From assembly GCA_002633005.1 (NCBI GenBank), contig NMRA01000127.1:191149-255148 (forward strand): DNA of 64,000 bases. The letters run 5' to 3'. The stretch is from Phoronis australis (lineage: Eukaryota; Animalia; Phoronida). Made by a program: the position numbers and the translations under genes. The notes below the pieces were generated by a model. That model was not told the origin of the DNA, made no database searches, and saw nothing but the letters and a program-made list of their open reading frames with translations. Below, piece after piece: positions 26,560-39,173 of the stretch (position 1 is its first letter; each line of letters opens with the position of its first letter).

Positions 26560-26881
26560 ATGGACGTTGGAGAAGAACATCAGTCTGGTGACAGCAACAC
26601 GGAATCGTACGAAGGCGATGATTTTCGAAATTTGATTCGTTGTGTTGTTTGTCATTTTTTTCCTACAGTTCAGGATTATTTGTGGATACAGGAACAAGAA
26701 CTGAACGATGCAGGGTTCGTGACAACGTTGGTGAACGGTGATATCTATCTAAGTAAGGTGTTACAACTGTCATCGATATTGTCATCTCCTCTGTTTTCAT
26801 CCAACCTTTCCAGATGAAAACTTGAATGAAGAGGACCTTCAGTACTTGAGTGAGCATGGTATACTGTGTGATTTATGTTGA
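26560..26881 (+). pseudogene. Cys/His zinc-finger (PHD-like C4HC3) cargo ORF, frameshifted by a 4-bp TAAG duplication
   Basis: Nearly identical to the intact copy at 53519-53836 and retains CVVC in the first knuckle. Confidence 0.6.
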
Positions 26882-27544
26882 ATTATTCAACGGTTCTTTT
26901 AAGAACCATTTCACGCTATACCTACAACCAACGGCCCTTTTAAGGGCCACTCAACACTTCCCAGAAGAACTGCTCACTTGAGAATGTTGATTTATCAACA
27001 CGCTTTCGTAGTTTTCTCAGTAGGCCTATGTGAACCGTAAATCAAAAACTGTCCGATAACTATGCTGCTATTGGGCAAGCAGACGACATAAAGGGTCGGA
27101 ACCGAAGTTTGAATTTTGAAATTAATTACCAGTAGCATTGCCAAAAGTACTCACAATACCAACACTTTTACTATTGAAAGACTATGAAAATCGTTTCAAT
27201 ACCGAAATTAATATAAATTAATGTTTTTTTTTCGCTGTTTTGGAAAGTAGATGCAGGTATTTCTCGTCAAATTAAAACTGACCGGAAACTGCAGCAGATA
27301 GGTCAGGAGAGTTCAACTCAGCTCGTAAGAATATGCCGGAGTTGCGAATCTGTTGTCTATAATCTATGGTGCTACTAGTTACGTGACACGGCTAATTGAC
27401 CTACCGCAAGCTCCGCCCCTATACGAAAAGTCACGTGATACCCGACAATCGACCTAGATGTCAGAGGCAAATACGCTGTCGCTAAACGACGTTCCTGGTG
27501 GAATCGATGAGTGTTTTTGCACTATTTGAAAACTCTTCAACAGA

Positions 27545-27725
27545 GACAAGAGGCGATGCTTTTCAACAGAGAATCGTACGTTCATGATATTGGAATTTGT
27601 AACGGTGACGATGAAACAATAAGTGCTCGAGGAGCCAGGGAAAATCCGAAGAACCCCTCGGCCTCTGGGCCACCTTCACCAGACAAATGACAAGGCCACT
27701 GATACGATATGTTCATGTAAAGTTG
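27545..27725 (+). pseudogene. Decayed SWIM-finger ORF fragment typical of DNA-transposon accessory (SWIM/YqaJ) genes
   Basis: ESYVHDI, KCSRSQGKSEEP and CSCKVG in shifted frames, followed by a GTATGT donor. Confidence 0.4.
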
Positions 27726-30700
27726 GTATGTACCTCAAAGTCGAATTATCTGTACGATTCCATAGATTTCAAGACCTTTCGATTAAAATCAGTGAAGATT
27801 CACCGGTATTTTTATTCTGTCGTCTGCTAAATTTCGCCAAATGAAAAGTAGGTCACAACTGGTGGGACTCCTGAAGTAAAGTAGGTCATAGATTATAAAC
27901 AAGACATGCACTATATAGTCTCTGACCAGGTCGACTCGATAGCACTGTTTACGCGTTTCTGACCTTGTAACGAAATATTTTGATAAAAAATTCAGGTTCA
28001 TAGCTCAGGTACACACTCATCTGGTCCTAGGCAAACAGTTAGCTCCGGTAGGTCTAGGACTGTGTCTAAGTCAAATTTATGTCTGGAATTCAGTTGCGGA
28101 TCTAGGATACCAAAGGGGGGCCCCAACATATGTTGCCTCGACTAATTGAGAAGTGCGATTGTATGTGCACAGGCGGCCCGAAAGTTGCAGGGTCCAGGGA
28201 TGTAGACCTTTGAACCTTCTGTTCAGAAAATCTATGGATGCACTAAAAAAAACAGGAACACGATTCCGCCGCGATCTGGGGTCTGAGCCCCCCATCTACC
28301 GCTACCGGTCGTAGTTACTGGACTCAATATTTTCTCACGCTCTTCCTGTTTCTTTTTGCTTGCGGCAGCCAAGGGGGTGGGCTCGAGCCCCTGCCCCCCC
28401 CCCCCCCCNCCCCTAAATCCGCCTATGGAATTGTCCGTTTGCACCACTAAGACAAATAGGCGTACCTTCTTATGAACTTGGCATTTTTTGTAGTTTCATT
28501 CCATAAAGGCAGCTTTCATTTAATTTTGAAGGTAGCATGATCACCAAGTCGTAGTATGGTTACAAAAGATTACAAGTCTGGTGTGGTAGTTCTAAAAATA
28601 GGGAATTTACAAAAAATAACTCAAATTCTTTTTTAAAGCTTCATAAATCTAAGTATCATGTTTGAACAACTTCAAAATGAGCTCCCTCTAACTCTACAGA
28701 CATAGTGTATAATAGAGGTACACGTTAAAAAGTAATTCAACAGTTTATTTTTAGTGACAACAGCTCGACCAAGGCAGTAATCCAGTGCCCTTCCCTGTGC
28801 CGATCGAATATTTAAATTTTGACCGGGAGAAAAAGTTCAGTTGAACGCTAGCGTACGGTATATGAATAACAAAAATGTACCTCTGATACGAAACAAAATA
28901 ATGTCCATTAGGTTGAAATAAATTTAAAAAAAATAAAATAGAAATGTCCTTGAAAACAACAATTTCCGCTAGAGTGCTGAGATCCAGAAGGTGCCGAGAC
29001 AAAGGCGGCCAGACGTAGGAAACTCGGGAGTCAAAATCTGAGATAACCCTGCACCATAGCCACCAACCTGAAAGTGCGTATCTTGGAACTAATATATTTG
29101 TGTTTATTATAGCCTTCGAGTTATCAAGCAACATTGCTAAGTTCAGCTGCTCGTGTGGCCGTATAGTTTGATCCATAGTTTACGCTTTTCAACATCATTT
29201 TTCGGCTTAGGACATGCCAAAAAAATGACAGGATATTATTCTGGAGCGGCACAACGGCTGGCGGTGCTGCACACGCCATATCAACACCGTTTCCCCATTC
29301 TTAGCGGATAATTTCTTGAGCTATATACCGAAGTAAGTTTTACTCGACTACGTGTGGTTTGTCGAGTAAAATGGCGGCTTGGAAACGCAGACGAAGGTGT
29401 GCCAAGAATGCTGCGTTCTGATTGGTTAATTAAGCCGTCCGTCATAATCCTAGCGATAGGTCAATTGCCGTGTAAACACACGGTTTAAATTGTCCTTTTC
29501 AAAGCGCGATATCTAACAAATAAAGAAGCCGAAGAGTGTGATTTTTTTCCAAAAACATACAAAAACATGTGATGTAGCACTAACATGTGTTTTTTAAGAG
29601 TTAACCAGTCAATAGGGAAAATATCAAACTATTAGTGGCAGATTCTCTAGTGGCCTGAGCGGCTGCTCGCGTGTCAATCCACTGCGAGCGTTTTATTTTT
29701 TTCGTTTTTTCAAGAGAAACCAGTAAGATCGCGCAAATTTAACATTTAATTCGTGTCGCTCGATGCAAATTAATACATTATATCCAGGAGACGTGCCGCT
29801 CATTCAGGACATACTTTCGTGGTGCCCCAATAAGCCTTTTCAATGAGTGTTGAGCAATGACCCCGAGTAACTTGGTAAATTTAAATTATGAGATGGGTCG
29901 CTTTTAATGGGGTCTAAATTTAATGTGAACTACTGTGAAAAATGACCTCATTGGGGTTATATAAATAATTAACAGGTTTTTAAAGTTAATTAGGGCGTTC
30001 TTCTGTTCTGTACAGTGGTTGTGTGCGTGTGATAATACTTAGCTCCTTTGTTAACTGCCGAGCATGGTCTTTTGTGTGGTGGGACAACATGCAGATAAAT
30101 TAGACAATTTTCTGCCAGTTGCATAAACTTACAATTTTTTGTTCTATATTATGATGTACTGGAATGTTTGTAAAGTACAACACATTAATTTTTTGATGAT
30201 ATCTTCTAAGAAATTTTTACCAGACAACTCGACGCAAAGAGAATGAGTGTGACGGACGTACCTGACTTGACGTACGCTTTGCATTTCTAGTATTAAATTG
30301 TTTGTTGTGGCTAAAATACTACTTTGTAATACTTCAAACTTCAGTATTTGAGCTATATTGGTCTCCTGATACTCATTCAATGATTTTAATCAAAATGCAA
30401 CGATTGAGCTTTTGCACGAAATCATTACCTCGGCTATGCCTATGCTGGGAATGTGGATATTAAAACAACCTCCTAAAATAATCACTTTTCTTCGAAAACG
30501 GTAAGCGATATAGATGGTGATGAGAGAGTCAATTATTTTGTATATGACTCTTGCTGGTAATCGGGAAAACTTTTTTATGCGTTAAGTAGAATACAAATTC
30601 GAAACTTGTAAGTAAACGTGACTATGCCAAATATAAAATGTAAAATAAAGTTTAAAGCATTACTAATCATCATTGAAATAATTTGTCTTTTAAAATAGGA

Positions 30701-33099
30701 CTTGGCCTAAGATTGTACAAAATTATTGTCGGACCATGTCACTGATAGTTTTGATAGATGCCCATGTTATTAATAAAGTTGATGTTTTAAATGTATTAGT
30801 AACAGGATTTCAGTATCTTCTTATAACAAAGTATGAACCAGCATGGTGCAGTTGACAGCATCGACTTATTTGAACACTTTTTGCAGTGTTCCAAAAACTA
30901 AGGATATCTTTACCAACACGGGCAGCGACAAAAAATGCTTAATTAAAAAAATAACATCTTTTATTTACATTTTATAACCTGATCCAACTATTTAATTTTG
31001 ATAAGTTTAATTCTAATAAGCATAACCACTAGATGACACTGTAGAGTGCAACCTTTCAGCGAATACTTTTGATACTGAGAAAGTGCAAGTTTAAGTCCGT
31101 AGCAATTTGTTTAATTTATAGATGTTTTTGTAATATTAAATACTCTTAGGCTCTTAAGTGTGAGACAAATCTTGTCTTCTGCGTGCTTGGAAAGTCAAAA
31201 CAAGATTTAAGGTTGTATTTATCGGCTAAAAAGTTGTAATGTCATGGGTGTGACAGACGTACGACACCATGATATTCAAGAGTTGTCCTTATACCCCAAG
31301 AGGTCAACGATGTGCTACGGGTGAAATGATATTTTTAGAAAGTTTAGGCTTAATGTTTTTGCCCAAATTTGATAATATTGTAAAATTCCCGTAATTAGAT
31401 TATTTTTGACAATAATTAGCAACACTTTTAAAAATCAGGGTAATTTTTAGGGTCAAATGACCTCCAAAATTGGGTACGTTTAGGAAACAAATTGAAAGTT
31501 ATAGGAAATTCAAATATGGGTCATGAAACTAAAGAGACTAGGCTTTCAGATGAGACCATAGATGTTATTCTAGTTGCAATTTTGAATTTTTGTCTCTAGG
31601 CTGGCCTTTTCACAGAATAACCCCTTTATTGAAATGTATACTGCTTTAAGAACTCATTTCTTGATATGTATTCCAAAGTCAGATATTTTTTTCTGTTGTA
31701 GCAAAACAAGCAAATCCACAATCTGTACTTGTTTCAAAGTTCACATTGGAAATTATGCAAATTTGCACTACTTGCTTACGAGGCCTTTGTTTTGTGACTA
31801 GTGCGTAGTAACAAAAATATCAAACATACGACAGAATTGCGCACCCAATCAAAACCGAGACGGCGTATACCTGGGGCGAAAGTACGTACAACCCGAGTGA
31901 ATGGCACGTCCCTGTATACTCCTGAATATATTGTATTGCTTCGAGCGACACGAATTTAATGATAAGTGTTCGCTATCTTACTGGTTTCTCTTGAAAGTAC
32001 TAAATCGTTCGCAGCCCTACAGGCCGGACTCTGACATCTCAGTCTGCCAATGGTTGCTATCTTCTGATATTTTCCACATCGACTGAATACCTCTTAGAAA
32101 TGTATGTAAGTGCTATATCACATGTTTTTCTGTTTCTTGAAATGTTCAAGCTCTTCCACATCTTTATGTGTTAGATTATGCACTTAGAAAAGAACAATTC
32201 GCTCCGTTTGTTTTTTCCTATGCCACGTGACTGAAAGCAGTTTCCAATATGGCGTCAAGTTGTTAGCCGCAGTAAGGCGTGCGCCCAGTCTATGTAATGT
32301 CTATGGTTATGACGGTGGAATTTTAGTCCTCTCTAGTGAGAAAGGTGACAATTTGGTACTGCAGGTTATAACGCTGGTCTAAAATATGTTCCAACTGCAA
32401 ACTAGTCCATACTAAGTCTAAGTTATACACATGGTTTAAATCTTCATTAAATACTAAAAAACTTTTATTTTGACCACATTTATGTGAAATTAAGGTTTCC
32501 CATTTAAATTTCCAACTGATCGATGTTAGGTCATTAAATTGAGTGACTTTCTTATCAACCCGTTGTACCCAACCGAGGCCTTATAAGAGTCGGCAATGCC
32601 CTCCAGTCGTGAATCATATTGTTTCCGCTTCTGCAAGGTCACGCGACATCTAGCGTTGAAGTTTCCACAGTTCTTATGCTTTCGTTTGTCAAGAGAATAC
32701 CGAGACTCGTAGCTGTTCATAATGCAAAACAAAACAGTGAGTAGAGAGTTTGTTTTCAAAAATGATATTTTAATAATGCAGTTTTTGCGTATTTTCAAAA
32801 CATATGCTCGAAACCAACTATCGAACAGATTTGATATAAAACACAATCCACGGGTCTCTTAAAATGTCCCAGGGTCGACCACTTTTTGTAAGGCCAAAGG
32901 AACAAAGCACAGGGATTTTTTTTCAAGCTGGGTCCTTAACGTTATCTAAGTACGCTACCTCACTAAAGACGTCACTGCACGCGTTTATGCCATCCGAAAC
33001 GTAAAAATGTACAATTTAAACAAATTCTGTATGCATTTTTCAGTCCGTTTTTTACTCGTTGGTGAAGAAACGTGGCAAAAACACACCATGTAAGCAAAT

Positions 33100-33990
33100 A
33101 GGAGCTCATAATAAGAATGAAACAGTTCACGAAAACATTCATTTATATAACAGAAGCCTGTCAGTAAAAAACAACACAGAAATGTGAGACAGTATGATGT
33201 AGGCAGTTTAATTGAGGCATACATTAAAGTACGTGAGATGACATGTTTTTGTTAAGTGGCAAACAAAGCCTACGTGAAATCTCTGTCTCCTGAAAATCTA
33301 CAATTGGCTCTCCGAAAGTCCGGAATATACGTTTGACGACACCGTTGTCCTCCTGAAAGGATCACTTCATCCACAGCGTTCTTGCTGAGTGCTGGTGGAG
33401 GGGAGGTTGAAAATGATTTTTTGCTAAACGGTTGCAAAAGTGTACAGATGCAAAGAGGCCATTGCCGAGTGAACAAGTGCTTTCAAGCAGTTCTGCAAGT
33501 TTGTCGTGTAAGGTGCTGACTGAGAATTTAGAAATGCTGAAAACGAAAAAGAACACAACAAAACCACAGGTGACAATCACAAAGAAGGCACAAGAGACAA
33601 AGGAAGAAACAGGTGATAAAAAGTCAACGGTGACTACAAGAAAGGCATGTAGAGAGAACAACAGCAACAAACGTTAAGTTCAGAAACCAATAAAATGATA
33701 ATGAACCAGGTCCATCGGGATTAAAGACATGACACGCTCCACAGTTCGAAAGTGACGACGACGAGGACTCGGATGCGGGGGATGTGGACAGTTGCTGCGT
33801 CTGTAACAAATGGTCACCACAGCAAATACGCTAACGTGCGTCTTTAGTAGTCATTAATTGGGGAAATGTGAAGTCCAAGACTGTAGCCACTGGACTCACT
33901 AAAGATTTTGCTGTTACGTGACAGCACTAAGGAGACACGACATATTTTTCTGTCCCTGTCATATCTTGCCACGCCGTCAAAGCTAGCTCC
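33100..33990 (+). mobile_element. Decayed pogo/Tigger-like (DDE_1) transposase C-terminus with PHD-like finger
   Basis: SLSPENLQLALRKSGIY, a Lys-rich linker, acidic SDDDEDSD, then CCVCNKW...INWG.C...CSHWTH*RFC...FFCPCH. Contains stops and frameshifts. Confidence 0.65.
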
Positions 33991-35370
33991 AAGAAGAGTA
34001 TCACGTGATAACTAGGATCCGATGTACTTTCACACGTTAAAAGCTTAATCAGTTTGACAATTGTTGTATTTTTAAATTTAAATCTCGCTCAAAATACTGA
34101 CTATACATGTATGTGATTGTGGGGAATCATGCATGCGTAATATTTACTTTTAAGCAGGAGTTTTCGATTTCGTGTCAATATAACACCTAATAAGCTGGAC
34201 CAAGAAGACGAAATTCGCAAAACTGTACAAAATACACAACATTTTATTTCCGGTTATTCCCCCCCTTAACTCAAAATCCTGGATCCGCCCCTAAAAAGGT
34301 TAGGTATATCGGCCTATAGAATGTACCTAGCCACAAAATCATGGGCACCGAAGACATTGTGGTCTCCGAGGAATGCCCATTCGAGGAGACGAATCGACGC
34401 TCACTAGTCGAAGTGCTATTGAAGAAAGAGCCCTCTTTTGAACACCTGAATAGAAAGCTGTTTATCCGCATAGAATCGTTTGTTGGATTCCCTCTTCCCG
34501 CTGGCGTGATTTTTATTTGCAGTTCTCAAAGACCCAATTTGATAATCTTCAGAACGCAAAAGTGTGTTAGCGTAAGGTGTGCTATGAAATTCCCTTACAC
34601 AGGATTTCCTGCGTGTTGCGGAAGCGCTCGGGTTTGTGGTAAAAGCAGCGCTGCTTCGGTAACATGACTATTGCCTTAGGACATCCTGCTTTCCACAATG
34701 GTGTGTTAAGATTGTTTAGTATAATTTTTCGACGCATTATGGACTCGTGGGTTCGCACTCCTTGTTTTTTAGAGTTATGTTGTGAACCAGTGTCATAGGT
34801 GTTATTTTGCACTTCACTGTTTTGCTTTGAATTTTGCCATTCAGGTTGACCAGCCGAAGCAACGCTTAATTTATAGTATGATGTAATCAAAATCGCCGTC
34901 ACTGTTACTAGACATGCGTGACACTTTGTGTGGGGATTTTTAATTTGAACCTGAATAGAAGTTTTCCGCGTGTACCTTAACCTCTGACACAGCGCCACCT
35001 ATACTGAGAAGCGGCCCTGTGGAAACATGATGAGTGACCACGGAATTCGGTGTCGGAAGCATAGCGATCACAACGTCACCGCTTCCACACGCCTCTAGGT
35101 AATGTACCTGTTTGGGCTTAAGTCACTGGATTGGGACTCTCTTGATTTTTTACTTCCATCACTGCCCGTTTTAACGCTGTCATCGTTCAAGCAATTTGTC
35201 TTGACAACATGCATACCAGGTTCTAAGCTGAAATAGTCTATCCCCGTCGTCCTATACGCTGACTTCTTGTTTTCGAATTGATTCAAATTATTCTGTTCCA
35301 CCTGGTGTCCATTTTTACTTTTTCCGAGACAGTTTTTGGCGTCCACCTTTCTGTTAGCCGAAACGCACTG

Positions 35371-36175
35371 AGGGCTGTATTCCAAGGACCATCTCCTTAA
35401 AATAGCTTAAGGTAAACCTTGCTAAGACTCATCTTGGGTAAGGTCACCTTATGCACCATGCTATTTTGAAAGTGTCCTTAATCCTTTCCTTCATTAAGGT
35501 GTACGTTAAGAAACTGAGGTGGACCTCAAGGAAAACCCCCGCCGTTTCAGGTGAACTTTAAGGTGGACTTTGAGGTGAACCTCAGAAAACAATGGGGTGT
35601 CACAGCGTGAGATCTTTATTGGAGAGAGAATAAGTTGTGTAATGACTGTAAAGTGTAATACATGCCCATGCACAGTTATCTAATACTAGTCAATATAGTT
35701 AGAACCATCATGGAAACAGCAATTTGAAAACGCAAGACCTATACTTACGTCGAAAAGCCGTTAGCTATTCAACTAGTTGAAAAAAGAAGGCTACTATTGA
35801 TTTAAGTTAAAATAGTTTAAACGTTTGGGAAAAAGAAGAGGCGTGGGAAATAATATTGAAATGATACAACGTGCAGAAAAAGTGTCGCTAGGGTGCCAGT
35901 ACAATATGCTGAACAACAGCAAATACACGGTTTACAGCTGCAATTGTGTTTAGATAATCTCCCACCTTCTCTGGTAGCATGAAAACGAATAAATTACTTA
36001 TCAAGGTTGGTCTTAATGATACCTCAGAGCTATTTATATGATTTAAGGTACTCCTTTTCATAATTTGAGGTGGACATTAGGCACAGGAGTCTTTTATAAA
36101 TGAGTCCTTTTTAGTTTAAGGAAAGGCTTTTAAGGTTCACCTTACAGAAAACTTAAGGATTGTAGTAAACGCGGC
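35371..36175 (+). mobile_element. Paralogous copy of the Harbinger-derived element
   Basis: Colinear with 10158-10962 and flanked by CTG on both sides. Confidence 0.55.
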
Positions 36176-36390
36176 CTGCAAGCAGGTAGTTCAGCAGATT
36201 GACTTATCAGACTTATAGCCGTCAGACGTCACGTAGGTAGTGCACAACTGGACTCAAGCCAGGACACTGCCAAAAGTCCGTCTTCACAGACCAGAGGTGA
36301 ACACCCAAGACAGCATTCAAAGTCGTGACCATATTCATGTGACTAACATTCAGTCTCACCATGAAGAAAACAACACACACACACACACAT

Positions 36391-36426
<36 letters not shown>

Positions 36427-37129
36427 CCGCATACATATAGCACCGCATGACACAACAAGAGAATAGCACGTTCACAACGGCATGTTTCCTGCGTAGTGAA
36501 ATAAAAGTATACCTTAGACGTTCATGTGTCTCTTAGAATACAGTGCTAATGATTATGAAAATATGTATATGTGTTCCCACTCGAAAAAGGAAGTGATATT
36601 GATTTTTGGTTGTCTCCGACTTATGTGTCACCTACTAGTGGCACTATCTTTTTTGTGTTTGTGTTTGCGCCTGTATCTTATGAAGCCTTTGCATTTTTTA
36701 ATTTTGTCAATATATTTCTATGAAATTAGCAATAAAGTTCGATGACTTTTGAACACATCTAACTACCACTCTGTTCCCTTGTAGTAGTTTTATTTTTTTA
36801 CATTGTCTTCTGTGTCTTTGAAGCTCCTGGCGTATTTTCATAAAATTTTGCGAACAGTCTAAAGTTGCTACGTACATGTATGTGACTGTTGACAGCTGGT
36901 TAAAGAAAAGACGGTGTAGATCACGTAAGTCTTTATTTTGTACATTTCCGTATAACATGGATTTCAGGCATGCTGTAAAAGAAAATAATTTTTCTAAAGG
37001 TAAAGTAGTATTTCAGCGGTATCCTTGCCGAAAAAATATCTGAGTACCACTCGAGCAAAATTGTAATAATAAAGGTGGCGATTCCTTCTTATACAGTACT
37101 CTAATAATAATTTTACGCAAGTGCACTTT

Positions 37130-37995
37130 TTGAATCGTACTAATTAAAAGCCTCGTATTTCTAAGCCATGACATTGTGATGGGCACATAACTTTAATAAA
37201 TAGTTCAAATGGCAGTTGCACTTAAAAATTCTACATTTAACGTAATGAGAAGTTGGCTCAACTTTCAACGTCTGTAAAAGCACATGCGATCTTATCTGGC
37301 ATGAAAACTGGTATCACGCTTAGGGTCTTAACGAAGAAAAGTAAGTGACAATATTAGTCAAAACAACGAGATTTTTCAACTCATCACCATCATCATCAGT
37401 ACAAGTAATCAAGACCATCTACAACCTTGACCCATACAGTGTACTGTAGAGCTATCAGGACGCATCATAGCAACACAACATCAATGACAACGCTTATGTT
37501 TAGAACTTCCGTCTGTCAACAGTACAGATAACATGATCTAAGGAAACGACAGAACTTAGGGCTGTCGCCAAAAGAAACTGTAGACAAGCTCAGGTATCCC
37601 TTTGGTATCATTACTAGCGTTATAGGCACCTTTGGCATTTGTTGTCAAGACTTGGGCTCGCGCTTCCTAACAATTATTCAGGCGTTGTTGATGTGATTGG
37701 TTTCATGGACAGACAAATATCGATGTCAGGGAAACAACATGGTTATAGATTCATGAACTACAAATGGGTCACTAATGGCTTAGTGGGGGAAACGAAAAAC
37801 TGTGTGAATCCTTCTTTCTGCTGTCGATCAAGATGGTGTGGCAATTGCGACGCACCAGAAGACTGTCTATTAGAGCGACACAGTGAGGACAATTAAGTCG
37901 GGATATCGAGATCCTGAGATAAGTAATTAAAAAAGAAACGCGTGATGTCATCTTTAGGTCACTCATCAAATGTTATCCCCAAAATGTATGAGGGG
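37130..37995 (+). mobile_element. Copy-specific insertion containing an integrase-type (IS3EU-like) transposase fragment
   Basis: Absent from the paralogous site near 11878. Peptides LSRLGL...FMDRQISMSGKQHGYRFM and ILLSAVDQDGV. Confidence 0.5.
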
Positions 37996-39173
37996 CAATT
38001 TTACAGAAAGCGGTAAATTTTCAAACCAAAAATATGCAAGTTGTTAATCATTCCACCTCGGTGTATAAATAATCTACATGACAAAACAATCTGTGATATG
38101 TCTTGAACCTAGTTTTCCCTGAAATGCTCTTGCAGTCATTCTTTAGAGTTGACCAACCGCCATTATGTCTGAAGCCAGTTGTCGTTTGTTTTGATGTTCT
38201 TGTTCGTATCGAAAATAGATTCCCATCACGGTATGGAATATTGAGACCAGACTTATGAGAGTAAAAAGCCTACTTCGATCCTTGATTATAGCATACTAAA
38301 TAACACGAAAGACAACATTAAATCCAGACGTAAAACAAAAATATGAATCTAGTCATACAAATGTTCTGCAAGTCATAGCATGAGATGTAGCTGCTACTCG
38401 CCATAAGCACATTTAAAGATGCTATGTCTGATTAAATCGTGAATATGCAAATGGAGTACTAGATTAGAAACAACTCTGGGTTTTTCGGTATGTCAGAAAA
38501 CATTCAAGAACAAGTTACCATTACAATCACGCTAAAGACTCCTTTTGAGAGACCACTTTTATGTAAATGAGTATGGTAATAATTCATAGTTACCCTAATG
38601 ACACATGGCACAGAATTTATCATTTGTTTCTTTCACTATCAAATATCGATTGCAAATTATTTCGAAATTATTACTTTTTCTATATGTTAACAGTTGTTTT
38701 TAAGTGTATCAATTGTGGTCTTTTCTTTAAAATCGCAATTTATTTACAAATTGTTTCTTTTCCCGATTGTACTTGTACACGCAGTTCTCCAGCACGTCAG
38801 TTGGTTGCGCTTGAAACAAATTTAAACATACACGGTTTTAATGAGACATAGCATCTTTAATCCTGGCGCTGATTCAGAGAAGGGTCTAGGGACTTTCACG
38901 TCGGACCCTTTGAACGCAATCATATTAGACAACATGCAATTTATTTAACACAACCCGAAAATAAAAAATTCAAATTATTTTGTGACTAGATTTTTCTTTT
39001 TACTTTGATACAATGATAATTTACACTACTAGCTATTTCAAACTAAGCTCCTTAGATAAAAGTCCAATTGGTGTTTAATACGCAGATAGCAATTGAACAA
39101 AAAGTATTCTGTCGAGTAATGGTTCTAGTCTTGAAAAAGTTTTGAAGAGAGTTCCGTGCCAAATCCGACAAGC

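Larger units (their letters stand above)
24119..27368 (+). mobile_element. P-element-superfamily non-autonomous transposon (3.25 kb) with THAP exon and cargo
   Basis: Imperfect ~32-bp TIRs: CATAGACTATAG..GCCAACTCCG versus the reverse complement CATAGATTATAG..GCAACTCCG. Exact 7-bp TSD GTGCTAC (24112-24118, 27369-27375). THAP ORF 150 bp inside the left end. Confidence 0.8.

Noticed and set aside
26453-26635. Overlapping 60-aa ORF upstream of the cargo ORF
   Set aside because: The ATG is ACG and the frame is shifted in the second copy; no recognisable motif.
28700-31630. Possible large DNA transposon
   Set aside because: One end looks like a transposon terminus (~31600-31625), but I could not find a matching TIR, TSD or ORF.
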